A DNA stretch of 64,000 bases, taken from Amoebidium appalachense. Lineage: Eukaryota; Protista; Ichthyosporea. Shown one piece after another: positions 1 to 52,506 of this stretch. The stretch's first letter is position 1; each line of letters begins with the position of its first letter. A model generated the notes under the pieces. It did no database searches. It saw nothing but the letters and a program-made list of their open reading frames with translations, and was not told where the DNA came from. The position numbers and the translations under genes were made by a program. The stretch lies in assembly GCA_963693365.1 (NCBI GenBank), contig CAVNZM010000010.1:4834159-4898158 (forward strand), given 5' to 3'.

Positions 1-310
1 AACTGACCTTTTATGGTTAGCCACCTGCCAAAAATGGCGCATACATAGTTGGCTGATGTTTGATTGGGTAACACCTGCTATCATGCCCCCCCCCCCCCCC
101 CCCCCCCCCCCCTTCTTTCCCCTTTCCTTTCCCCAAAAACAACCAACCAACCAACGAGCATCACCTACGGTACCACTATTAAAGACAATCACCCCACATC
201 CCACGTCTCTTTCTCTCCCTAGCTCTTTCTTGCCCTCCCCCTTGCCCGCCTCATCACCGGCCTCCCCTTGAAGTTCCTCCCCCCTCCCCCCTCCTCTCTC
301 TCTTTCTCTT

Positions 311-359
<49 letters not shown>

Positions 360-1269
360 TCTCTCTCTGCCTCTCATCCACACACACGGTGGCAGGCTGC
401 TGCACACCCAGCTGCAGCCGTAATGCAACGTTCTCCGCCCTGACTGAAGCCCCCTCGCCCCCTCCCTCCTTCCCCCCCTTCCCCCTTAATAAAGTGTAAC
501 AGTTTTCTGGCATATGCCTCGTCCCATTTCTATCCCCTTTACTTGTAACCCATCATCTCCTAATTTTGCATGATTGTACAATTGCAAGAAACCGTTCAGA
601 CATGATAATAGGGACATTGCTCATATCATGGCCTGATATCTAGTAGACGCGACCCCCCCCCCCCCCCCCCCCCCCCCCACCCCCCCCCCACCCCACCCCC
701 ACCCCCTCCCGCCGCCGCCTTCCCCCATGCCCCCTCTCCCGTACCGTGACTTTAGACGGTACTTAATGATTCTGTTCGGTGCCCCCCTCCCTCGCAGTAC
801 CTGTAAGGCCTGTATCTCATTTGGTGCAGTTTTACATATCCGAAATCTTGTTTAGAGCCTTGGTTAAGTTGGTTCAAAGTTGGCCATATAGCCCAAATTA
901 AATCAAATATGCCTGCAAGGGCCAGCCTAAGTTATATATGGAGTTTATCTTTATTACTACAAAGTTATCGGAATAAAATATATTACTGCAGGGCAACTGA
1001 TCTGTTGTCAATAACATAGTATGTGGATTCACGCCATCATTAATGATGGCAAATATTTTCTTATTCAGCCGTGACTTGAACCGTCGAGATTGTCTCTCTC
1101 AGAGCAGCTGGCAGTTTGTTCTGTCTTAGAATTCACTACATCCCTACCCCATTCAGGTAAGCTGTTTATATATTCACTTCCCCTTAATCTTAAACAGTAC
1201 TTTAGGCATGGCTGGTGTCAATAAGTAAAGCCTTACGTAGATCAATCCCATTGTACACGCAGGTCAGGC

Positions 1270-1642
1270 CTAGATACAAGTGCCCGCATAGATCCAATCA
1301 CCCAGATTCATACTGGCCCCGTGCATAGTCCACCCATGGCCCATGGTGCCCTTGGAATCTGCCGTGCTGCCCATCACAAGGGACCCTCCTGCTACTGTGC
1401 TGACCTTTCCGGTGTAGGTGATTGTTTCACTGGGACACGTCAGAGTGCCGCCCCCAGTGTTTGTGCCGTCTGTGTGCACCAGTTTGCCGCTGACATTTGT
1501 CACCGAGTAGGTGAACGATACCGTGCACAGGTGGAAGGTGGAGCTGTCGGTGCACTCCTTGGCAGACAACATCTGCCCACATCTGGCGGTGGCATGTGTT
1601 CATATTAGCATCTTACTGTACACAGTCAGTTACAGTCTAGAC

Positions 1643-1722
<80 letters not shown>

Positions 1723-1866
1723 ACATATGATGTCAGACTCTATTTGATACGTTTTATCTCCACTTAAAATTTATATGATGCAAGTGCAACACCGATTTTA
1801 TTACATGTATATCTTGTTGGGTGGAAGTACTGTTGGCCTTGGTGCCGACAACTCATCACAGCTCAC
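1270..1866 (-). CDS. 3' part of an unknown small protein (two phase-compatible exons); upstream exons unresolved, possibly within 2224-2661
   Basis: Exon 1866-1805 (TTAAC..tag|VSCDELSAPRPTVLPPNKIY AT|gtaat) joins in phase 2 to exon 1582-1270 (CTAAT..ccag|A CGQMLSAKECTDSSTFHLCTVSF...WIYAGTCI*). Non-repetitive and Thr/Gly/Cys-rich; no family recognised. Confidence 0.45.
1643..1720. repeat. (AT)n microsatellite
   Basis: Direct reading; it lies in the putative intron 1804-1583. Confidence 0.95.
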
Positions 1867-2433
1867 CTACATGTCGTTAATATTAAAAAACAGCACATCC
1901 CCCCCCCCAGTCTATAGACTCGCAAACGATCAAATCTTCCAAGTCCGGTCCGAGGCTCACGTTGTAAGGAAAGTGAAAACTTGACACGGCATTAAACTTT
2001 GCCCGTGTTGTCACGGTGTGAACTTCGTCGGGTGCCACTTTTTTTAATTGTAGCTCGTTTTCTTAATCAAGTGGGCAATGGCGGGATAACGTCGTTTAGC
2101 TCCTAAAAGTCTATCGATGTGTGATCAAATAGATAACCCTGCGTAGTACATAAAGCAAAATCCAAAATCCAAGCGTGAAGCATTTAATCGATCACTTGGC
2201 TATGTGAACACGGAAAGAGTACCGTTAGTTTCTACGGATACGAGGCGAATCGTTGTGTCTCAACAAGAAATAGCGGGTTCCGCAACATATGTGCTTGTGT
2301 CTGTTTGTATGTCCCGTGTCATCATCCTTGCAGTGGGATACGGGTTGAGGGAGGTCGTGTGTGCATGTGTGTTCGTGTGGGTGTGTTTGTGTGTGCACGT
2401 GGGAGAAAGGGGAGTGGGGGTGTCCTGCCACGT

Positions 2434-2481
<48 letters not shown>

Positions 2482-3218
2482 GGGGAGGGAGGATGTATTT
2501 CTATTTGGGCATACCAACTTCTCAGATGTGTCGGCATACCAACTTCTGATCATGATGTATGTGTTTGAGTAGTAAACGTCACCAATTAGTAGTACTGTGA
2601 TCGCGCTGTCATCTGTCCGGGGGTGACCGATATTCTTAGAGGGGCCCGGGGTGGCAGACATAAGATAATCGATTTGATAAATTGCAAACTGATATTTTAT
2701 ATTTTTTTAAGACGGGAGGAGGCTCAGGGAGGGAGGTAAAGTTGGGTACAGAGTTGCTTACTGACTTCATGGCATGTGCTGCACGATTGGGAGTCACGAT
2801 TGAAACATGTACAAAGTAATGTGCTTATCAGTTTTCCACTTTAATCAAACTTTTACCTGTTAAATCCGTGATGCTGCATGGCTCGTCAGAGTTTTCCTGT
2901 CCTCCCTCCCCCCCCCCCCCCCCCCCCCCCCCCCCGGGCCCACCCTCCGCCCCCACAATCCTTCACATTCACCCCTCCCGCCCCCGTGCCCCCGGGACGA
3001 AGGTAGTGCAAACGTGCCCCCCCCCCTCCCCCCCCCCCCCCCCCCCTCCCCCCCCCCCCCCCTCCCCCCCTCCCCCCCCCCCCCCCCCCCCCCGCCCCCT
3101 TCTTCTCCCCACTTCCTCCCCTTTCTCTACATACATACCATGCAAATTATGCCACACATCTACAAATTCGTGTGAATGTATCTCTGAACTCTCAGAAGGG
3201 ATGCCATTAATGGGTTTA

Positions 3219-3558
<340 letters not shown>

Positions 3559-3983
3559 AAACTCAGTGCATATCGATAGGTATACATCCCCTTATCGAAT
3601 TAAATCACGAAACCATCCCGTTATTTCATATCACTGCAACACCCTTCCACATATAATTGCATTTCATTTATTTCTCTCCTTCAATCCTAAAGTTTTCAAA
3701 GAGTAATTGAATATTTAAAATTAACATCTGCGTCCCATCCAGAAAAACCTACCATCCCTCGTCGGACTCCATTCATTCAATTAACGACAGTCTTGGGCCC
3801 TTTTTAAGCAAATAACCTGCATGGTTCATAGATTCTATAATCACCTCCAAGTCTGCGCGGATGTCCATTCATTCAATCAACCACAGTCCAGCTGTCCACA
3901 CCCTTTGCCCCCTTTTAAGCAAATAACCCGATTGGTTTATAGAATCTATAATCACCTCCAAGTCTGCGCGGATGTCCATTCAT

Positions 3984-22816
<18,833 letters not shown>

Positions 22817-23362
22817 GTTGTCCCAAACCCCTTTCTGGACCTATGAGTAGGCTATGATAGATCAATACTCAACTGCCTAGATTTTAGAAGCATTTCATGA
22901 ACATCCATACCTGGAATTGGTTTCTAGAGATTAGCAGCCTTTGATAACACGCCATACGCCCCATCCCCCCAACCCCATTCCTCGGTTTGAGTCTGGGGCC
23001 TTAATTTCACTAACAACCTCACGAATTATCGAGTTCTGACTTTTCTGAGCTTTATGTTGCTTGGAGCTCTGGCACGTACTGACTGTGCCCTCTATTGAAA
23101 AATAAGAGCTACCTCAGAAGGTAGCAGCTTAGGGCGATGAACGATCCGGGAAGTTTTCCCGCCAAAAACCTATTTGTCGGTTTTGATTGGTCGTCACCAG
23201 ATCTACTCCTCCCCCCGCCCCCGCCCCCCCCCCCCTCCCCCTCCCCCAACGGCCATCTTAAACAAACCCCCCCCCCCCCCCCCCCCCCCCCTCACACACA
23301 CACACACACACAAAAAAAAAGGGGGGGGGGGGGGGGGGGAGGGGGGGGGGGTTGTGTGGTGT

Positions 23363-23393
<31 letters not shown>

Positions 23394-23834
23394 CTCTTCT
23401 CCAATGTTCCCCTCGCCGCCGTCGGAAGACCAAGAATAATACCATTATTGTTCTTGCTGTTTTAGTCTAATAGTGCATTTTCCGTGAATACATGGGCGTG
23501 CGCTGAGATAATATTTTTATGTAGGCCCAGGATATTGCAGGACATATACCGGTACGTATACGTACCAGTGGTGGTGTCACAGGTAGTTCATATCGTGAAG
23601 ACTTCAGAGGTCTAGAGCAATAGGGGTTGACACACATCACCCATACACATTCACACACACGCGCGCGCGCGTGTCACATAAACATGCACATATCCGTGGC
23701 ACGCCTACAGTGTCAGGCACAAGAATCACGGTAGGTTTAAAACCACCCATGCTCAAACGTGCACGCACGCATGCAAGGTACAGGGACCACTGTCTGACTT
23801 ATCTCCACGCGCCCATGCACGCACCGTGCACAGC

Positions 23835-23867
<33 letters not shown>

Positions 23868-23900
23868 ACACAAATTGCAACTTTACGCACATGCAGTATA

Positions 23901-23936
<36 letters not shown>

Positions 23937-23983
23937 ACACACACACATGTACACACACATGTACACACACGCACGCACGCACT

Positions 23984-24157
23984 TAAGGAGATAGGAAAGA
24001 GTTTAAAAAGTGAATGCTCTTTTATTAGAATAGAGATAGTAATGATGCTACGAAATGAAAGCTTGCTAACTTAAGTTAGGTAATTGAATGTAAGTCCATA
24101 AGAAATATTATCTCTTTATGATTGCGTGAGCCGTATGTGATTAAAGTCGCTTGTACG
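23984..24157 (+). other. AT-rich organelle-like insert ending in a truncated group II intron domain V (probable NUMT)
   Basis: 24128-24157 GAGC-CGTAT-GTGAT-TAAA-GTCGC-TT-GTACG fits the D5 consensus GAGCCGTATGCGATGAAAGTCGCACGTACGGTTC (AGC triad, two 5-bp helices, 2-nt bulge). The terminal GTTC and D6 are missing. Confidence 0.7.
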
Positions 24158-24186
24158 CACGCACGCACGCACGCACGCACGCAAAG

Positions 24187-24217
<31 letters not shown>

Positions 24218-24301
24218 TTGCAACTTTACGCACATGCAGTATTATACCACATACACAGACACACACACACGCGTGCGCGCGCGCACGCAAGGACACACAC
24301 A

Positions 24302-24353
<52 letters not shown>

Positions 24354-24774
24354 GTCACGCACACACGTCGTATCACACATCCGCAAACATACCCTCATGG
24401 AGACGCGTGCACACACATGCAAGCACAAAAGGGTGCATAGGTGCGCACTGTGACACGTGCCATACTCACATTTGAACCCAATCACTCTTTAGCAGCTTGT
24501 TACTTGAGGCGCAAACACGTACTCTGTTTCTTTTCGCTAATATGGGAAACCAAGTAATGCCTTTTCTTTTTTTTGTAAGCTTCATTAACTTAACTTGAAA
24601 TACATCTGCCTTTAGCTTTTATTTTTTTAATGCAGCACCGGAAGTGACCGGGCCTCTGCCATCGCCTCCCCCCCCCCCCTCCCCCCCCCCCCTCCACCAC
24701 CACCACCACCACCACCATCCACCCAACCACCCACGCAGCCCCCCCCCCCACCACCAACACCACTACCGCGCGCG

Positions 24775-24863
<89 letters not shown>

Positions 24864-25120
24864 CAAATTACAGCCTTGGTGGACTATTCACCCAACCTTG
24901 ACCATATTCTTTATTCGACGAGGTGTTCAAGTAATAGTGAACCACCCCTGTGACTGAGCATTTTGACACAACCAATGAAACCGGCCAGACAGCTGGGCGG
25001 TATCAAAATGCTCAGCCAGAAGAACGTCGGGATTTAAAATGATGCTATGTTCAATTTCGTCGGGATTTAAAATGATGCTATGTTCTATTTCGTTGCCAGT
25101 GCATGCGACTACCTATTTTT

Positions 25121-25158
<38 letters not shown>

Positions 25159-25229
25159 CGTGTGTGCGTGCGCACGTATGTGTGTATGTATGTGCCTTTG
25201 TGTCTCTCTCTCTGTGTCGTGTGTGTGTG

Positions 25230-25260
<31 letters not shown>

Positions 25261-25341
25261 TTGTGTGTGTGTGTGCTCGTGTGTGTGTGCGCGCGCGTAT
25301 GCATGTGTGTGTGCGTCACGGTGTGTGTCTCTGTCTCTGTG

Positions 25342-25389
<48 letters not shown>

Positions 25390-25484
25390 ATTGAAGAATC
25401 ATTATTGTCCTTTATTTTTTGGTTTTTTTTCCCCCTTACTTTTCTTTCTTTTTTCCCCTTTTTTTTTTGTGTGTGTGTGTACGT

Positions 25485-25524
<40 letters not shown>

Positions 25525-25739
25525 TTTGCTATAAACTTTCCTGTAGTTTGTTCGGAAGTCTCATAGGTGCGGTGCATAAAAGAGTCCAAATGGAAAATTG
25601 TTCCAAAATACTATCACGAGCACGAGCACATGTGTTGGTTTTTAGCATAGGAGCCCAATAATAATAATTATACTCACCGGCCGGGTCCTCCTCCCCTCCT
25701 CTGGTGGCACCACAGTGTCCCTGCACACACACACACACA

Positions 25740-25877
<138 letters not shown>

Positions 25878-26199
25878 GACCCCCCCCCCCCCCCCCCCCC
25901 CCTTCCCCCTTCTCCAAGCTTGGAGGTTCTGAACCTTCCTCTCCTTTTTATCTCTCGTTTCCCTTACCGTCACTGGCCCCCCCCACTCCCCCCCACCCCC
26001 ACCGCCTCCCCCCGTCCACCCCAATTTCTACAGTATACCGTGGATTCCTTTCTAAGTCCTTGAATATCTCCGTCGCCATTGTCCCTCTGCAGGTCTGCAG
26101 ATTCCCTTTTCCTCTCTCTCGACCCCGGCCCTCTCTCTTTCTCTCAAAAAGCCTCTCTCTCTCTCTCTCTCTTTTTCCCTCAAAAAGCATCTCTCTCTC

Positions 26200-26236
<37 letters not shown>

Positions 26237-27346
26237 CTCCCTTGCAAAGCAATCAGAGTCTTCCCCCCCCCCCCCTCCTCCCCCCCTTTACCCCCGGGCT
26301 AGCTAATATAGTCTCTCACTTTCTTTCCCTCCCTCTTGCTCTCTCTCTTCTCCATCTCTTTCACGGCATTCAGTGGAAGTATCAGACTAGGGAAAAGGGG
26401 AACCACACCGAAAACCTCTTTCGGCCACATACAGCTTCGAGTCTGTTCTCTTTATTGAACTTGAATGACACCCACCTACAGGCAACACCCTCGCAGCTGT
26501 AGTGACTGTAACTGTTTCAAAGAAATAGTCGAAAAGCAGTAGCAAAAAAACACAAATCCACACTGTTAATCACTGCTTTCATGAAACAACAACACTCTTA
26601 TACCTCTGGTGACTCAGACCCCAACCACCCCCAAACACGAACAAAAACACAAACAACTTCCAAATCGGTGACCCAAGTTAACTTCTGTCTTGACAGTCTT
26701 AATATGATCTAGTGAGAACCTAATGCCCGCTTAAGCCTCTTCCTACGTCACATTCAAAACTCGACCCATAACGATTGCACCTAAATTTCCGGACAAACCA
26801 AACCATATTTCCCTTAAAAAACTTTTGGTAGAACTGCTTCTACCATTAGAGAGAGGAGGGAAAACACGGTTTCTGTCTGCAAATCTGGTGCGTGTGTGGA
26901 GTTTTTAGTGTTCATCAAATTCCGCGCAATACAAGTCTTATAGTCTGTGTGACGTGTTGTTGGCCTCTCAATCCAAGTCTTCACTTCATCATTCATTGCC
27001 CTTTGATGGTTCTTAGTTTGTGTATCCCCCCCCCCCCCTCCCCCCCCCCCCCCCCACCCCCTCCCCTCCTCACCTACTAGTACACACACATGTGCACACA
27101 CACACACACACGTACACCCAATACACACACGTACACAGGAGGCACTGTGGCATCTGTACAGCACAAGTTTCACCATGTAAAACCTACAAGTAGTGCCCAC
27201 ACAAAGTTCCAAACTACTGCATTGAGGTACCGACCAAGCACCCAATCTAAACAAGCAAAACCCACACAGTGACGACACCTTGAACCCCACAATCAGCAAT
27301 CCCAGAATCAAGCCCATTGTTGTGTGCGTGTGCGCGCATGTGTGTG

Positions 27347-27387
<41 letters not shown>

Positions 27388-27486
27388 CGCGCGTGTGTGC
27401 GTGCGTGTGTACATGTGTCCGTGCACTCTTATGATTGCATTTGTGTTTTGTTCCCTCAGTAACCAATGTCAAAAATCCGTTCTATG

Positions 27487-36766
<9,280 letters not shown>

Positions 36767-37831
36767 ATCCTAAAAAGAGGGGGTTCTTGGTTAGTAACAC
36801 AAAAAGGTTAAAGCCGTACGGCGTCCGGTCGAGTCTCCCGACTCGGCATGATGATCGGATTCCAAGGTTTAACAGGAAAGTGGTGCGAACTCAAGCATCA
36901 CCAACCCGTAACTAGATGTTTAAAGTTCATTTTTGTTGCATCTTAGAAACTTCCAGCTGCAGGTCCTGAGGTAAATTTATTGATGACCGTCCTGCCCACA
37001 GTGACTGCATTGCCGGCCGAAGTACTTTAAGTTAACCTGATGCTTCCAAGAGCATAATGATACACAGTTGAAGTAGCCATGCTGCATGCTCTCGATGTTT
37101 ATCATAAGCTTTACAAGCACACACTGTCATACCTTAAGCTATTTCCACTCGTGTTATACAAGATGTTGCCTACGGTGCAGGTGCCCCTTTGAACGGCTCA
37201 ACACATTGGACTTGCAAAAGCTAAATATTAGTTTCAAACTTGGAACGTCGTTACGCCGATGATGCCTTCAATGTGAATTTCTCAACCAACTGAAAATATC
37301 AGTCTCGAAGCTGTGATTATTGGCTCTAGTTCAGAATGTGTATTTGCACCAATATGTGTAATATCTTAATACAAGGGGCCTACTTTACCTCTCCTATAAC
37401 TTGGCAACAAAAAGTACCCTCCCAAGCCGGTTAATAAACGGTGACAGCGGTGCCCGGCATAAGTGCCTCAGTGTAACCGTTACCGACGCCCTTCCAAAAA
37501 AAATTTTCTTACTTGCAATTCTTCACGCAGCCAGGATATTGGCGGGATAGTCGTCTTGGAGCCCGGTTTTCAAGGACGGCCGTCGGAAAGTATTGTACAT
37601 AGACATTAGGTCGAGAAAAATTAGCATAACTTAATCACTAACATAAAATATTTTGATTGTTTTACTTCATAGTTTAATATAGAGTAAAAGTTTAAAAGAC
37701 TCTAAATTCTATCCGCTTGTTGAAACCTTTGGGAATAGGGACTTCACTTACAAAGCGGCTAGATATTCCGCAATCTGAAGTATGATAAAAAGTATTAAAG
37801 ATAGTTTTACCATCTTGTACCGGCCGCCCGG

Positions 37832-37888
37832 TGACGTCCGCCACTCTCTGACCAATCGAAAACACCTCAAGAAGTATTCTCCGATTGG
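37832..37888. promoter_or_regulatory. Candidate promoter of the RBMS gene: CRE-like site plus two opposed CCAAT boxes
   Basis: TGACGTC at 37832, CCAAT at 37852 and ATTGG at 37884, in microsatellite-free DNA ~1.1 kb upstream of the ATG. An acceptor at 36770 and donor-like sites near 37388 and 37512 imply 5'UTR introns. Confidence 0.35.
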
Positions 37889-40405
37889 CTACTGCCAGGT
37901 GGGCAAAAATAATAATAAAATTGTCTTCGATATGGTGTAAGTACAGTGTACACTTCGCAACAACCTAAACCTGATGCAGCGATTAAAAATATACAAACTA
38001 TATCGTATAAGACTTATATTTTTTCTGATTAGTCATCTAGTACTCGTATAAATTTCACGGACTTCGAGAGCTGCTGCATGCAAATAACGTTATCCGTCCA
38101 GAAGAATCGGGTCGAGCCGGTAGTTAAGTGGTTGCGGTACAGTACGATGATTGGGTGAAATATCTTGTGACTAGATTAAAATGACCAAATATAATTATAC
38201 GGTGTCAAACCTAGCCTTTGATTGAAGTTTTATCATGGCTCGAGATCTGGTAGGCTGTAAGATATCCGGGAGTGATAACAGGTGACAGGTGTACACTGCT
38301 GTGGCCCGTGGTTGGATGGCGAAGCCATGGACCAAAAAAATCATTGTCGCGACCGATGGGGAAAAATCCATTTACTAAACTTATATAAATGCAGAGAGAA
38401 AAAAATTTATCATATATATCTGCCTCAACTTTTTTAAGACAAGCGCTCTAGGTCTGGCACCAACCGTTGCGCCGACCCGAAAAAGATTGCACATCGATCT
38501 CCGAGCCTACAGGGACGAACGGCAATGCGGCATGCATACGCCGCGTGCGCCGACGCGTGCGTCACGGCAGCAATCTGACACAGAGGTTTTTACAACCGAT
38601 ACGTCTTTAGCAGGAAGCGAGGAAATGCCTTTTTCCCCCCCAGTAGATATGTAGTTCATCGCTTGTAGGCTGACAGGACAGCAAGGCAGGTTTTTCATTC
38701 ACATTCTTATGTGTGTGACTCATTTTCTAGAAGGCAGGTCGATATTCGTCAACTATTGGCTGTTCAGGAGAAAGTGCCGCCATCCGATGCAGGGTGTAAA
38801 ATTTGTTTGTGGCTAGTGCCAGTTTGGCAGCCGCATTTTCCACCAGCCTGGATGGCCCTAATAGAGCCAACAACCATTTTTCTGATATATTTGGCCCTTT
38901 TAGGACCAATTTTCCAGAAATTGATGGGCCTAGCCTCCAAAATTTAGGGACAATTTTTGGGGAGGGAGTCCCACTCAGGGGAACGTGACTGCAGCATGTG
39001 TGTGGTGTGGCCTGGTGTATTCCTACTGCTGTGAGAGTGTGGGGGCATCTCCCTTTCGCGGAGTTTCTCGCTTGAGAAGTGGTTTCTTCAACGCCTGGTG
39101 GTCCACTGCAACCTATGGTAACTTCTACACGCTGTCTACGCTTCTACGCGACCTATTGGCGGTGGGCTGCTGCAACTTCTTCAGCTACTTCTGCGCTGCG
39201 TGAGTGGAGAGGGCGGCTTCTTGGTCGTCGGAGAGCGAATTCCAAGTGACTGCCAGTCCTTAGCCTCCAGTCGTATGGCAATGACCGGGTTTGCTTGCAT
39301 GCATTCTGTAATTGTGTTTTTCTGCGTGTCCTGCCACAACTAGGCCACCTTATCAGAGAGCTAGATGCAGTTTCTCCGGGTTATCTAGGGGCCGGGCCCG
39401 TTAACGTTGGGATTGTTTTTTAGCTCAGATTTGGTCTGCATTGCTCTTTTAGAGGCTGACTTGCTTGCTGTGCCTCGGTGGGTTTTGAGGGGGGCCTGTT
39501 GGAAAGCAGCAGTAATGATGTCTTCTTGCGGAGTGTGGTCTGGTCAACATCGATGCATATGTCATTGACTAGCCTGGAGCAAACTAGTTTCACGCATACG
39601 TCCGTACTCTTAAGGTTTTGCCCGCTGGTGTCCTTTCTCACTTGTCGCTTTATTTTTAGTTCGTAGCTTTGGCTTTTTCAGTTATATTGGTGGTTATGTA
39701 GCCTGTGGCTGCACGTTGCCTTCATCAACGGATCAATAATTAAAACCGAGTCAAAAGAAAATTTTTCGGACTTTCAGGGACAATTTTCTGGCCTAAACCT
39801 TTGGGCCTATGTGAGAAAGAATTGGTGGTACTCGTCGACAGACCAACCTTTTGGCTATGTTGAGAACTGGCCTTCCTGAGGCAAATGTTTCCTTTCTTAT
39901 TGTCCGTGTCCTGCCCGGGCCGCCCATCTCTGCATCACACCTAATTTCACAGCCTGATTCGAATTCGATGGCACTGACGTGTTGAACTACTGTTGGCCAT
40001 CGTGCGCGGCCGGACCAGCCTTTGAAATTGTTTTCTTTTAGTCACTTTGTCAGACTCAATTTGTCAGCAGGTGGTTTGGGGCCACATAATGCCCATGAAA
40101 AATACCTCGAGAAGCGCCTATACTTTTTTTTGAAATTATGTTCGTTGAATTAAAAAAAACATTGCCGTCGAAACTGCTAAGTTCGAGCTTAGGGGTGCCA
40201 CGTCACAGCGTGCACATGAAACACGCGTACGGTCTCGGAGGAGGGAAAGTCCAAGATCGTAATTTCACACCCCGGACTCAAGAATTTGGCGGGAAAATGT
40301 GGCGGGAAAACTGGGCCAACTGGCCTCCGACAACTTCCCGAGAATCGAGTGGCGCATGCCACCTGTAATGTAGGTGCACTGCTACACGGTGCATTCGAAG
40401 TTTGC

Positions 40406-40465
<60 letters not shown>

Positions 40466-41200
40466 CTCTCTCTCTCAGGCTCTCTCTGCCCACTGCACCA
40501 CCACCACCAACCCACACACACACACTCAGTCACACACACCGACCCCACAAGTGCGTACACAAGAACACTGCAACACCACCAAAGTGAGGGTCAGTGAACC
40601 CTTTTCTGGACGAGCTTGTCAGTAACGAGGGAAAAAGAATAGAGACGAAAAAACAAGCAATTGAAGCTTTTGGGCCCGGCACACATAATGGTCGTCAAGT
40701 CACAAGCTACACTTTGAACACACTCCCGTAGCACACCGTGTACGGACCTACATTGGAATTGATTTTTTGGTTTCACCACAATTATTCTCGAACACACCTC
40801 AACAGTTATCAGAAGAAAGTCTTTATGTGTGACATGGAAACTGAACTGCACAGTGGGGATCAAGTCCAAAAACTGAATTTTGAGAGTTTTTTTTTTTCTT
40901 CATGGCATCTGCCCCAGATTTACTAGTTAAACATCACGATGTGTCTAAATCTCTCGAGACTCTTGAGTCATGGTGAGCTGGTCTATGATGCATGATAACC
41001 GTGAGATTGTTAGCACTAGACTAGATTGCCACTAGTGGAAAATATTGCTAGATTGCCACTAGTGGAAAACAACACTCGAGCACAAAGTTAAACGCCGCAA
41101 CAGGAGTACTACCTTAAAAGCAACAGACTTCACAGATATATCTTGAGCGTGCATATTCAAGCCAGGAAGTCCTCCTGGACCTGGTACACATGAACTCGAC

Positions 41201-52234
<11,034 letters not shown>

Positions 52235-52446
52235 GGCTGGAGTTGGATGTCACACACAGAGTCACTGTAGGGGCCACAGGTGTAAGCTACCGCAGGAAAA
52301 ACCCAACACTATTGCTCATTCCGAAGTAAAGGAACACCGAAGATCATGTGTGTGTGTTTGTGTATGTGTGTGTATGTGTGTGTGTGTGTGTGTGTGTGCG
52401 TGTGTGTGCCTGCCTGTGTGTGCATGCCTGTCTCTCTCTCTCTCTC

Positions 52447-52506
<60 letters not shown>

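Noticed and set aside
1069-1273. Possible + strand exons (cag|..|gtaagc at 1157; acceptor at 1262)
   Set aside because: No consistent frame or recognisable product within the window.
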